Positions 1 through 12,960 of a stretch of DNA of 64,000 nucleotides are shown here, piece by piece. The stretch is from positions 24,182,001-24,246,000 of the forward strand of contig NC_087437.1 in assembly GCF_036321535.1 (NCBI RefSeq). The letters are read 5' to 3'. Positions within the stretch are counted from its first letter, which is position 1; every line of letters starts with the position of its first letter. Source of the stretch: Camelus dromedarius. Lineage: Eukaryota. The notes beneath the pieces were generated by a model. The model saw nothing but the letters and a program-made list of their open reading frames with translations. It was not told the origin of the DNA and made no database searches. The position numbers and the translations under genes were made by a program.

Positions 1-70
1 TATACTGTTGCCTCTTTTGTCAAAGATTAATTGACCATAGGTCTGTGGGTTTATTTCTGGGCTCTCTATG
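1..70 (-). mobile_element. LINE-1 ORF2 fragment (continues left of window)
   Basis: 'ttgcctcttttgtcaaagattaattgaccataggtctgtgggtttatttctgggctctct' is nearly identical to the L1 ORF2 antisense sequence at ~25055-25115 in this window. Confidence 0.85.
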
Positions 71-74
71 CTGA

Positions 75-1430
75 GAACAGGATTTCTTGAAGCGAAGAAG
101 TTTGTAGGAGTAAAAAAGCTCTCAGGATCTCCCTCCTTGCAGGTACCTTTTAAGGCATATTAGGATTTTAAAAATCCTTGGAGAGTTTAGGAGAAACTGG
201 GGTCAAGATGGAGAAACTGACTTCTTCCTGCTTGGCTGCATGTTGATGGGCTCAGAAAGCAACAGATGGGGCTCCTGCCATTCCCAGTGTGGAGAGTGTT
301 GTGATGTCTTAGGAGAGTTTAGCCTCTTGCTCCATAGAGTTTTGGTAGCAAAGAAAGTGCAGCCTGGCTCTCACACTGAAAGTTCTGAAGCTGGGGGGAT
401 GCCTGGAGCATCCCCACGTTGGTGAGGGGAAGAGAAGAAAAGTCACAGTAGAAGCTAAAATTCTACATTTTGACAAGCAAAGGAGGTTAACTTTCCCTTG
501 AGTCAAGTGGATACTGCAGAAGATAGGTAGGCTGAAGTCATATTGAAAGTACTCCTCACCCCAATTAAAAAAGGCTACTGGCCATGGCAAGCGATGACCT
601 GGAGTGATGTACTGCTGGATGCACTAGCTGAGAATAAAATAGAAAGGTCAGGTCAGGATGGCCACATTCCCACCAGAGATACACTAGTGGAGGCTACCAT
701 GGGTGGGTAGAGAGGGTGCTTCATAAAAAAATCCAATAGTATATTTCATAAAAGTTCAATTTGGGATGTCTGCCATGACAAAGAACAATGACCAGCCAGT
801 GCTAGCTAAGAAAGAATTCCTAATAATTGTACTTAGTAAAAAGTCCTTTTCTCACTTCTCCTCTAAACCCTCTTCTTGATGCTTTAGTTCTTAGAAGAAC
901 CAAGAAGATGATGGGGAAGAGAGGAAGGGTAAGATGAAGGCAGAGGTGGATTTACCTTGAAGCTCATGAAACTCCAACTTCAGAGCCCCTCATTGGCACA
1001 GGCCTCCTTAGGAGGCCATGGATCAATTTTTTATTCATTATTTGTATTATTTTTTTCATAAGGGGGTTGCCTCCTCCAAATTTTAAATGTTTTAGACTCT
1101 ACAAAACCTGGGTAGGAAAAAAAAGGTCAAAAATAGATAAATGCTTGTTATTTTCCTTGTTGCTGCTTGCCTGGCCATGGGGTAGACTAGGCTGGGGTGG
1201 TGTTTAAAGGGAAGGAGAAATTACTATTTTGATATAGAATGAGTTGGACTTTTTCCCCTGAAATTAAGACACTTCTAGTACCTGAAATTACTGGAAATCT
1301 CTGGGGTATGCTTGAGGTGCAGTCAAGAAACAAGGGACAGGAGCTGTGAGAGAGAATTGGAAGTTTGTGAGTGGAGGGGAAGATAAGCTGCTTCCATTGT
1401 ACCCTAGCAAGTCTAACTCATTGAATATTT
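75..1430 (+). mobile_element. Old LTR remnant, probably MamGypLTR-like, interrupted by a DNA transposon
   Basis: The 3' part (1240-1430: 'ttggactttt...tacctgaaa...agtctaactcattgaata') resembles recalled MamGypLTR 3' ends; boundaries approximate. Confidence 0.4.
941..1112 (+). mobile_element. hAT-Tip100 MITE (MER69A/Arthur1-like)
   Basis: Starts 'cagaggtggatttaccttgaagctcatgaa...cttcagagcccctca' and ends 'ctacaaaacctgg', matching recalled MER69A termini. Confidence 0.7.
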
Positions 1431-3659
1431 GTGTTTTGTTAAGAAGGAAATACCGATACCAGTTTTGTGGTGATTCTTAAATGTAATTTGAAAGGAAGCC
1501 AACTTACCACCTCTCTTTGCATTTCCATGTTTCATATTTGGATTAAATTTCTTATCCTTAAAGTCAAGATTTTTGAATGGTAGAAGAGAAAATGGTTTGA
1601 ATGTTCCACACACACACCCGTGCACAAATACTAATGGAGATGTGCACACAAACACACAGAAATATCTCCAACTAATGTTTGTGTGGTGAATCTATAGTAT
1701 AGCCTTGTGCTCATCTCATGGAAGTCATTAAATAGGTGAGAATTTTATATTTTTGCCTCATATTAAAAATAATATAACTGAAACAATCATACCTAAATAA
1801 ATGACATATTCTGTTACCTCAAAAATGCTCATTTTGCCTATGAAACTTTTCTACTTCTACATACAAATAGATACTGTTGGTGTGTTTATCATCTGATAGA
1901 AAATAGCTGAATTTAGTTTATGGCTAAATGAAAAGACAAGGAACGTTCTCTAAGTACAGGGAAATAAAACAACAGGTTGTGATACTAGTTGCAGTAGAAC
2001 GTTAGGATGCAAAAAAAAAAAACTGAGCTGAAATTAAATCACATAGTGAAACGTCAGATTTAGTGTGTAAAGTACATTATTTTATGTAGTTACAATGTTT
2101 TTGTGTTCTTACTTACCAGAATATCCAAAAACATACTATAATTTGCCCCCCCACTAGTTATAATCAGCTCATCTTTTATGTGAGATGTATCATTTTTTTC
2201 TTCTTAGAACATTGTGCCCTCAAGTCACATTTGTTATACTTCTGGTCCCATCAAAAACCCTTTTGAATGCAGAGTGCTATTGAACTGAGTTTTTTCCATT
2301 TGGATTTCTTCCAGAGCTATTGCTTTGAGAGCAGCACATGAAATAACAAAATTGGCATGGGCTGGTTTAACTCCATGGCTAACTCTGTTGTTTTCTGTTG
2401 ATGATAAGTGTGTGTGAAAGAGTTGAAAATGTAATCTACAGTGCTGTTCTTGTATGCGGACAGATTACATTATATATAATTTAGCATTTATCTTCAGTTA
2501 CATTCTGAAGCTTCACACATTTCAGTAAACATCTCTTTTGTAGCTTATGATAGATAATTGATAACAATAGAGGATTGAAAATAAAGAAGCAGAAATAGCA
2601 CTCCTTCACTAGCTAGCACACAATAGCCAGTCTTGGAGTTTCTCTTTTACTGTGATAGTTTTCTGGCAAAGGCTGTAATGTGATTTGGGGATTTGATAGT
2701 CTCTTTATATTGCTATGGTATCAAATAAGGCTATAAGCATCTTGGAATTAATACAACTTAAAGGAAGACAGAGGACATTAAGTATGATCAGGGTATTTTT
2801 GAGAGGAGGAGTGGGTTGGAATACTGCTGTGGAACTACTTGTTCTGATTTAACTTGCTAAAGCAGCACTCTGGAATCGTGCTTCTAAAAGAAATGTCAAT
2901 ATTAAGTAAAAAAAAATACCAGTGAGTTTTGATGTTCAAAAAAAGTACCAAACTTGTTAATTCTTATCACCTAGATGTCAGCCTAGGTGCCCTATGCATC
3001 TGGACTTAAATGAAATTACCTTCACTCCATTCTCACACCATGTGCCACTGAACCCTGAGCTTCTGAGTATTTTATAACTACATACAACTCTCCCTTTCTT
3101 GATGGTATCACCTGAAAAACGTAGCATTTCACTTCTAACACTAAAGGAAAAACGATGGATGGCTATCATGAAAACCTGATGAAGTAGTGGAACATGTGAA
3201 GCAATGCTTTCAATTTCCACTCTGCCAAGAGATACATATTTCATTAGTTTACATTTTAAAGATATGTGACCCTTACTGGTAGCTACTAAATGTTGATTTG
3301 AAATGCTAATAATTTATTAGTGTTTCAAACATAAACAAGTATCTTCTGAAAGTTAAATATAAATAATTAAGCTTCAGATAATTTGAGAGAAAAAGGGAAT
3401 GCAGTGTTTTATTCAACATGGTCCTCACCTTCTTATGAATAAGTTAATATTCAAGTAGTAGATGACAACCAATCCCTAGGCTTAAATTCTGACCCAAATT
3501 CTTTGAGATTCTGCCCAAACAGCATTTCCACATGATACCCCTGACTAGGTTCCATGAGGCTGAGTCTACTGCACTGTGTCAGTATTTGTATTTATTTTGT
3601 CTGTTCTCTTGTCCTCTCAACAGTATTAACATCGAAAATGCCAACCATTGTTCTGAGTA

Positions 3660-5230
3660 TTAATACAACCAAATTTTAAAACTGGGCAAAAGACTTGAAC
3701 AGACATTTCATAAAGGAAGATACCTGAATTTTCAGTAAGAACATAAGAGAGAACTCAACATCATTAGCCATCAGGGAAACATTAATAATGAATTATCTAC
3801 TAGACTAGCTAAAATTAAAAAGTATTAGCAAGAATCCAGATAAACTGAAACTCTTATACATTGTTGTTGGAAGTAGAAAATTTTACAGCCACTTTGGAAA
3901 ATGGTCAGATATTTTACTTAAACATACATCTACCCTGCCACTTTAAGTCCTGTTTGGAATTCTGAGGCTGGATCATGAAACCAGCCACAAACTCTTTTAA
4001 AACTTCTTTCACTAAAGGTGAAATCCAAAATGTAAATCTCTCTAATAAGCTGTAATTTTACATGAACTCATCATTTTTTTAAGCAATTTGATTATGGTTT
4101 GCCTATTTGTGGTTTTCTTTGTGAATGGCATATACTTCAAACCAAATGTGAAAATTAATTTAAAGTGGATAATAACCTTACACATAAAAACCTTAACTAT
4201 AAAGCTTTTAAAACAACTTTGGAGAGTATTTTTTGTGACTTTGGGGTAGCATAGCACAAAATTCATTAACCATAAAAGAAAAGAAAACGATAAAGCAATC
4301 TTTACCAAAATTAAAATGTCTTCCCATCAGGAGCCACCATTAAGACTATTGAAAGGCAGCATAGAATAGCAGACTATATTTACAATACATTAGCTGGCAA
4401 AAAACTTGTATCCAGGATGTGTCTCTGTGTGTGTGTAAACATCAATATTACAAAAACAAATACAGGCCAAATACTTGAATAGGCACTTTACAAAAGAAAA
4501 TATCAGAATTGCCAATAAACACATGAAAAGGAGTTTATCAGGGATATGCATATTAATATGCCAGTGTGATGTAATTACACAAGTACCATAATGACAAATT
4601 AAAAAGACTGACAATTCCAAGAGTTCAGAGTGATGTGGAACAATTAATATTTTCATTCACTTCTGTTCTGGGAGTGTAAATCCATGCAACCATTTTTGGA
4701 AAACTATTTTTGCTGGATCTATTATAAGTAAATTTATGCTTCTCCAATCCTGCATAAAATATCTATCAGAAATATGAAAACATGTGAGCAGGGTCTTAAT
4801 AGTAACAGTGTTTGTTACAACCAGTAACTATAAAGGACCCAAATGTCTGTCAACAATACAAAGGATGAATACACTGTGGTACATATATACCATGAAACAC
4901 TATCCAACAACACCATATGCAAGAGTATGGATAAATCTCACAAAGGTTCTTTTGAGCCAAAGAAGCCAAATACAAAAGAATGCCTATTTCTATTTTTATG
5001 AAATTCATAAAAACTAATTAATGGTGATAGAAGTCAAAGTAGTTTTCTAATCTTTGAAAAAGGATAATGACTGGGAAGAGGTAAGAGAAGGCTTCCAAGT
5101 GAGAGATTACTTTCCATTTACTGATTTGGGAGGAAGTAAGGGCATGTCCTCACATGGTAAAAATTTACCAAGCTGACAGTTGTGAATTGGGTCTTTTGCT
5201 GGGTATATATAGTAAAAGGCTATTTTTAAA
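3660..5230 (+). mobile_element. Ancient L1M (L1MC/L1ME-type) ORF2-end and 3'UTR fragments
   Basis: Motifs 'aactgggcaaaagacttgaacagacatttc', 'tcaacatcattagccatcaggg', 'caaatgtctgtcaaca', 'gagccaaagaagccaaatacaaaaga'. Confidence 0.75.
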
Positions 5231-5635
5231 AAATGCTTTTTAGTGCTGCAACCACAGATGCCCCAAAATATAATAAGGAAAGTCTATATACTTTCTTATA
5301 TGAGAGTTGACTGATTGCCATTCAAAACACTCTTACTTTTATTTTACATACAATTCATATCAAATTATCTTTTCTTGATTTCAGAACAATAGTAGATGAG
5401 CAATGGGGTGGGAGTATTGATTACTCAAGGAATGTTCACTGTCAACAGAAAGGCAAGTAGTGAACCTAAAGGAAGAAGAGAGCAAACACATAAGAACTCA
5501 AAATGTACAGAAATTTGGAGACACAAAGATCTTAGATTCTTAATAGCTCCTAAAGTAACCCACCATTTTGCAAGAGAATAGAGTAACAAATAACTCAGCA
5601 TGGCAGTCTTCAACCAACAATAAAATTGTAAATAA

Positions 5636-6180
5636 TTCATTCAATAAATTGTATTTTATATCAAGTCCTATATTAAGTCTCTGGCATGGAAAGTTCCAGT
5701 GACTACAATAGACACATTCTCTACTTTCATACAGCGTGCATTTTAGTCAGGGAAATAGAAAGAAAACAAGTAAAGAAATACATAAGGTCACTTTAGATAG
5801 TGCTGAGTGCTGTGGAAAAAGATAGAGTGATAGAATACTGATGTGACATTTGATCCAATACCTGAATGACAGGGAGTGGTTTGTGCAAAATCCATGCAGT
5901 AGAAACAAGCTATACATGTTCAAGAGCAGAGAGAACACAAGTGTGGATGAAACATGGTAACCATGAATGGAGAACGGAGGAGAGAAGTAAGGTCAAAGAG
6001 AGGAGGCAAGATGCAGATCAAGTGAGGTTTCAAGGCATGCAAGGGGTTCATATTTTATTTAAGTATGAATTTAAGTTATTGGTAAGTTTTAAGCAGGTCT
6101 GGTATAAAACAATCTGATTTACATTTCTTAAATCACTCTGTGTAGAAAGTGAACTGTAGTGGAGGGCAGAGCAGTGGGAA
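5636..6180 (-). mobile_element. LINE-2 fragment
   Basis: Begins with the L2 tail 'ttcattcaataaa'; purine-rich body with 'gtgacatttga...cctgaatga' and 'ttttaagcagg...atctgatttacatt'. Confidence 0.65.
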
Positions 6181-6274
6181 TGCGATACAAGTTATGTGTC
6201 CATTGAACTATTTCATTTTGTGACATAGAAAAATAGAATATTCATAAATATAACCAAAAAGGGATATAATTAGC

Positions 6275-6277
<3 letters not shown>

Positions 6278-6331
<54 letters not shown>
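6278..6331. repeat. (TA)n microsatellite
   Basis: About 26 perfect TA units. Confidence 0.98.
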
Positions 6332-6333
<2 letters not shown>

Positions 6334-6873
6334 TTAGCTATGCTGATAACTCAAGTTTTGGGTTTGATACATTCCCCAAGTTTCCTAAGTAACAGTTTTC
6401 TATATACTTCATAAGCATGTTTTTAGAACAAATGAGTCCAGGTCAGGTAAAGGCATATTTATTTTCATAACATATTTATTTCATGTGATTGTTTTTTTAA
6501 AAGGTAATTGAAGAGTTGCAATAAGAAGGCAGCAGTTTGAAAATTTAATTATGAAACATGCTTAGAGGATCTTTTTGTAACTTACTTTTTGTAATTTACT
6601 AAATTAGACAAGATGTGCTAATCTACAGCTAAGAAAGTCACTGATTTTCTAGGTGTTAAGAATCTGATTTCTAATCATAGAGCCACTGTTAAATGTGTGA
6701 GTTGAAGGACTAAGTGATTATGCAGAATATTTTACTTACATATTCTATGATCATCATGATGAATTTAAATGATCCTTGCCTATAGAACTAAAGAGCATAA
6801 TTATACTATCCTGTGTTTGTTACACAGGAAAAATTGTTAGCCATTACTAAAATTTAATATAAGCTGTCTTTTA

Positions 6874-7293
6874 TTTTATTTTTTTAACATTTTTATTGAT
6901 TTATAATCATTTTACAATGTTATGTCAAATTCCAGTATAGAGCACAATTTTTCAGTTATACATGAACATATATATATATTTATTGTCACATGTTTTTCTC
7001 TGTGAGCTACCATAAGATCTTGTATATATTTCCCTGTGCTATACAGTATAATCCTGTTTATCTATTCTACATTTTGAAATCCCAGTCTATCCCTTCCCAC
7101 CCCCCACCCCCTTGGCAACCACAAGTTTGTACTCTATGTCTATGAGTCTGTTTCTGTTTTGTATTTATGTTTTGTTTGTTTGTTTGTTTGTTTTTAGATT
7201 CCACATATGAGCGATCTCATATGGTATTTTTCTTTCTCTTTCTGGCTTTCTTCACTTAGAATGACATTGGATGTTCATGGAGAATGTCATTCG
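6874..7293 (-). mobile_element. Young 5'-truncated LINE-1 3' end with a 24-nt 5' inversion and 13-bp TSD
   Basis: T-rich tail on the left, L1 3'UTR body, and TSD aagctgtctttta at 6861-6873 and 7294-7306. Confidence 0.9.
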
Positions 7294-7340
7294 AAGCTGT
7301 CTTTTAAAGATCAATATCGTACTGACTTTTAAAAATCATT

Positions 7341-7675
7341 TGGGACTTCTGCTTCAGCGAAGATGAAGTAGACATGCCTTATTCCTCCTACTAAGCACAG
7401 CTAATAACTCTAGAACTGTATATAAAACAACCATAAGAATACTCTGAATGGTTAGAGGAGGAGGCAGACCAACTAACGCCTGGGGGTGTGAGGAAAGAGG
7501 ATGGTGAATTCCGTGGGTTTTCTTTTTGTTTTTTATATCCTAGCTGAATCTGGCAACCCAGAAATGGCAGGCAGTGTAGACAAAAAAATGTCCTAACAGA
7601 AATCTGCCCCTTTTAGCCAAAAGACCAGGAAAGGGGCAGCCTGGCAAGAAACACAACTTTTAGTCAATAATTGAT
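7341..7675 (+). mobile_element. Old L1M 5'-region fragment
   Basis: 'gggacttctgcttcagcgaagatgaagtagac...' resembles the 5' ends of ancient L1M families. Confidence 0.5.
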
Positions 7676-10600
7676 ATGTAATTGGTAAAAATTCATCCAG
7701 CTCTTTTTTAACTAAGGAATGGTAGAGACAGACACTCGTATGTTTGTGTGAGTGTGTGTATATTCATAGACCCATACATTCAGAGCCCTCAAAATCTACA
7801 ACAATGAAATTTCCATACGCAACCAAATAACAGTTAACCTTCTATTTTGAATTTTGAATTTGCAAGATGGCCACATCACAGAGGAAATAAACTAATCAAG
7901 GCTTTTCATTGTACTAAATGTTGCTGTTGTCACTATTCCCAATTCAAATTAAAGTCTGGTAATATTTTACTTGAGTGTAGATCAGGTACCCATTTTCCTC
8001 TGGCAAGGAATTTTAAAACAAAATATCAATAGCGTGCTGGAGTAAATGTCAAACAAATAATAAGCCAGAAATTGACACATTGTAATTGACTGTACTTCAA
8101 TTGAAGTACATTACATTACGGCTATTTAACGGGAAAAGCTGACTATTGTAGGTCTTTAGAATGAATATCAAAAAAATTAAATTTTTACTTTAATTAAAAT
8201 ACTTCAATTTTGCAATTTTTAGGGGTCCTAACTGACTTTTTATAAAGATCGCTATTAAAAATGGTCACATCTTAATGTGACAATGATCCAAAGTCTTCCT
8301 CGGCAATATCCTGCCTGCTTGAAGGTGGGCTTTCTGAATATGTAGTCAAATTTTATCATGGATGTGAATTATGTGTTATATTACTAGCCTTTATTCAGTC
8401 ATTTTAGAGTTTTAGTTAATTCATTAAAATCATGTTCTGGAAGCACATCTGTTCTTTGCAAGCAATTTTTCAGTTCAACTTGCTCTGTATGACTGTCCTG
8501 TCTGAGGAAGAAATTAAAAGGCTAAAATTCAAAGAATTATTGTATAAATGATTCTTAATTTCAGAAGGCCTTCCCAACCCAGGTTTTTTTTTAGCTGATC
8601 TTCTCAGATCTTTTTTTTTTCTAAGCTCTCCTAGTGGTCTCCTGGTGCTACAGTTAACTTCTGAAGCATTTGTGTTTCTGTCTCTGGGTTATGTTGTTTT
8701 GCTGGCTTATTGTGGTCTCTGTTTTTAATTCCTATGAAAGAGAGGAAGAGGAAATGAAGAACAAATAGAAAATCTTACCCAGAATAATAGAATTATAAAT
8801 TTTTCATTTAAATTCAAGAGACCATCTTGTATATAGTCTCCGTCTTCACCAAGTTAATAAAGATTTTATCCATTTTACAGTCTAGGCAGTAGAAGCTGAG
8901 ATGTTAACATGATTTCCAACAACATAGCATGGTGTATATTAAGGACTTAAATATTAGTTGAATAGATGTTTGAATGACTATCACTAAAAAGTCCTTAAGT
9001 TGTGAATATAATCTGTGTTTCTCTCTTCTAACCCTATACTACCCCTAACTGCATTTCTGATTACATTAAATATAAAGAACTTATAAAACTATTGAATTCT
9101 ATTTATGTTCAAGGGTTGACATTCCTTATTAAAATTCTCATGTCTGCTTTTTTCTCTTCCGCAAAACATTGTCTATTCAGTGTCAGGGCAAAGAGAAAAA
9201 TCATAACCCTGTGGGAACCAGGAAACCATTCATTAAGCCACTTTACTTAGTCACTTAAATATGTGATGTTTAATCCAAAACTCTCCTTTAAATGTTGTAT
9301 TTGCATTCTTCGAGAAATTGTGTATTTTCCAAACAAAAAAGAGATGTTTTATATGTCTACACCTTGCTATATCCATTTACATGAGCTGCTTGGCTTAAAA
9401 TCCTATTAGTCTTATAAAACTTTATTTTTGTTGGTTAACATGTACATTTTACACTTAGGAACAGGTGTAAACTCTGACATCTGGAACATCCATCAGGAAA
9501 GAATGTCCCTGAGGCACTTACCCAAGAGGATCTCAGTACACATTCACACAATGACATTTCAGACAGATAAGTGCCCTTATATCAGGGCACCAAATAAGAA
9601 AAATAGAAAGCATGAGCAAAGAGCACATGACATGAAATGAAATACATATGTAGAGACTGACCATCATTTGCAGGGGTTAGAGCCCTACCTCATGGTGAAA
9701 CTGAAGTCCATTTTAAAATGGAAGATTTAACATTTAACAGCTAAGCACATAAAAAGGAATTTGTAACAGAAAAACCTACATCAATTGAAGTGACCTTTCT
9801 CAGAGATATCTTTTACAGATTTTCCTTCTGGCTGTCTCCTTTTTTCCTTGCTCTACCCTAGACCTTTTTCAACAGAGACCTTTTTCTTTCTTTCCTCATA
9901 GATAAACCATGTTTTCACATCTTTAGTCTCATGAATCAGCTTTCACTGTGGAAAATTTTGAGATGATATTTCAGTCGTGGGGTTTGATGACTTGGGACCT
10001 TCCAGAATTCTCTGATTGTGTCAGAATCCTTCTGTCAGGAAGTTGGTTCAAATTATGATAATAGGAGAAAGAAATGTGGGAATTTGCCATAGTTGATATA
10101 CATCAGGCTCTTCAAAAATCCTTTTGTCATTTTTCCTTTATTTTATCCCATCCGCATAGAAGTCTGAGGGACCCCGTTTGCTAACTCTAACCCAAGAGCC
10201 AAAAGTTGGGGCATGAGAAGAAAGTTGCAAATTTGATATTAGAAGACTCTTTGAATGATGGTCATAGCCTCCTTATTATAATAAATTTGATTCATATTCA
10301 CTTAGAAATCGATTAAATGAATACTATAGAAGTATAAAATTCTTATCTTTTAAAATTTTTGATCAAAACCTTTATTTGCATGGCAACTAAGACCTACAAA
10401 GGAAAAATTTTGAAAATTTACGAAACTAGTCATTCCAATACCTAAATTGTGTCAAGTTGCATTTTACTCTCACAAGCTTAAAGGGTACGATTTTCCCAAA
10501 AGGGTACACGAAACTATCATGCTTGGGAAGTTTAGTGAGCAGGGCTTCTAGAATCTCCTCCAGTTCCCTCACTTAGATATGTACTCAGATGGTTCAGGCT

Positions 10601-12886
10601 TATGTGTCTGTCCAGAGAGAGGACTGAATCTAGCCAGGATTCAGGGAGCATCAGGAAAGGGCTTAACAAACTGCTTATACCCCCAATCATATCACTTAGG
10701 AACTCTAACATTATATTGTTTATAAACACCTTTTTGAAAGACATGTCCCTTCTAAGCTTGGGTTATAATATCCTGAGAGACCAACATTATCCTGTATGTA
10801 TTTTCCAGAAAATATATAAACATGACAAGGCATCACCCACGTGTAATAGCTTTAAAAATTATGTAAGGATGGCTGGTATGGGCATGTGCAGTTGTTTATT
10901 GATTGCACACAAAGCTTAGGCATGGCTGAGCCTGAAATACCTGAAAACAAGTCCTATCAGGGCGAAACAGGAATTTTTAGAGAAGTGCTTCTTTAAGCAG
11001 GTCATCATAATGCATCAAAATGGTGCACTTGGTACTTGAATCTCCCAAGGCCCTTGAGAATGGCCAACGTGGTTACCCTGAAACCTAACACTGATTCATG
11101 CAGGGAAACTCAGTTGGTGACCCTCGTACCATGCCATCCAAACTGATATTAAGAGGGAATGTTCTCTTTGTTCTTCTGTTAGAAAGGCCCATTCGTTCCA
11201 AATGCAAACGATGGCACATCAGGAACAAGTACAATAAAATAATTCATTTAAAGCCTGTTCGCTATTATTTTTAAAATAATGAAGAAAATGACCTGTAATA
11301 GAATCTCATCACTGGAATCTATGTACATGTACTGTGAAGGGATCCTAGCTCGACAGACTGAGTTGAGTTCACCCTAGGGTTCAGATATGTTTCAGCAAGT
11401 CTAGTGAGTCTCTTTTGTTGCCTGCCAGGATCTGTTCACATGAAGGACTAAGGAAACTCCTAGGAAGGAACAAATCTCTAAGGGAAGGAGAGTCCATGCA
11501 CACAAAATTGCTTTAAGTTTTGAGAAAAGATGTAAAATTCATGTATAGATCAGATATTATGTGCTCCTTCTCTTTCATTAAAGACATATGACAGAGACCT
11601 GAGCATAGGGGATACACATAAAAAAAAGAGCCAGTTCCTTAAAATCTCTATAAAACACAAAGGAAATAGAGCAACCAGAACCTAGTAGTCTACAGAGCAG
11701 AGTGTAGTATTTTCTGTAATTTAGATAATTATCGATTTCTGTGGTCACATTAGCTGAAGCCGAAAACCAATCCCACCTTCTGTGTAGAATGAAATCTGGA
11801 CCATCAGAGCATTAGGAGAAGAAAGATGTGTCCTTACAGAGGCTGGAGTAGGAGACAAGTGAAATGGAGGAATCTCTGGGGTGTCCAGGAGGAATATGCA
11901 AGAGGAAATTATACTCTTTGCATATGAGATGATGGACTGCTTTTGGCTCTTCCCTTGGGGACAGCCTGAAGTCTGCTGGAGAAATCTAAGGGAAGCTAAA
12001 ACTCCTGAAATTTTATGGATAGTGGCAAAAACAGAGAAATACTGTTTTGTTACTCTTGTTAGGCCATTATCTTTACTCCTAGACTGGTTTACTTTGGAGA
12101 AATATATGCTACAAATACATGATATTTGGGGAATTTCTTCTCCTTCAGATTATTTTTCTAGTGATCTCATCTTGGAGACAGCCAAAGTAAAAGTCAGCCT
12201 GAGTAATTTTTTTTTTTTGATAGAATGCACTATTTTGAGCAAATGCCTTGGATAATTTTCTATTGTCAGTAAGAGCTGACTGGAAATAGAAGACTGTTTT
12301 CAGGATTCATTAAGCTTGATATCCCTAATCAGTATATGATAGTTGACTCATTAATGATTAAGACTTGCCTGTATGAGTGGAACTAAAATGAACAAACATA
12401 CAAGAAATGCCTGCACCTCAGGAGGGAGGTAGAGTAAAAGGACTTTCCCAGTCACAGCACAGGGCACCTCACGCTGGTTCCTATGATGCTGTAAGACTGA
12501 GAATAAACACTGACTTTGCCTTTTGCACAGGCCACTAAAGTCAGGCCCCCAGTGGTGTAGAGTCAAGGTCTAGATTACGCATTGGCTAACATCACATCCT
12601 TTACCATTCACTTTCATCCCAAGGTAAAAACACTTTGTGTACAGAATTGTGAGATTGGAAACCAAGGAGAGGTGGTGGGAAGGAGATAGATGTCTTATGG
12701 CATTTGCTTTCTTGCTTTCTGTATTGATTTCATTTGTTTATTTCTTTCTTCTCTGTATTATATTTGCACATCTGATGAATACTCAAGTGATGTGACACAT
12801 ATTGGTGCCTTAGAGAGGATCAACCTTTGCTCCAAATGCCTCTAATTCAAAAGGAGTCATGTAAAATACATAAATATATGTGCGAC

Positions 12887-12960
12887 TCCCTCTCTCCATA
12901 CCTCCCTCTCTCTTTCCCTCTATCTCTCCCTCTCTCTCTCTCTCACACACACACACACAA
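12887..12960. repeat. Compound (CT)n(CA)n microsatellite
   Basis: Direct reading. Confidence 0.9.
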
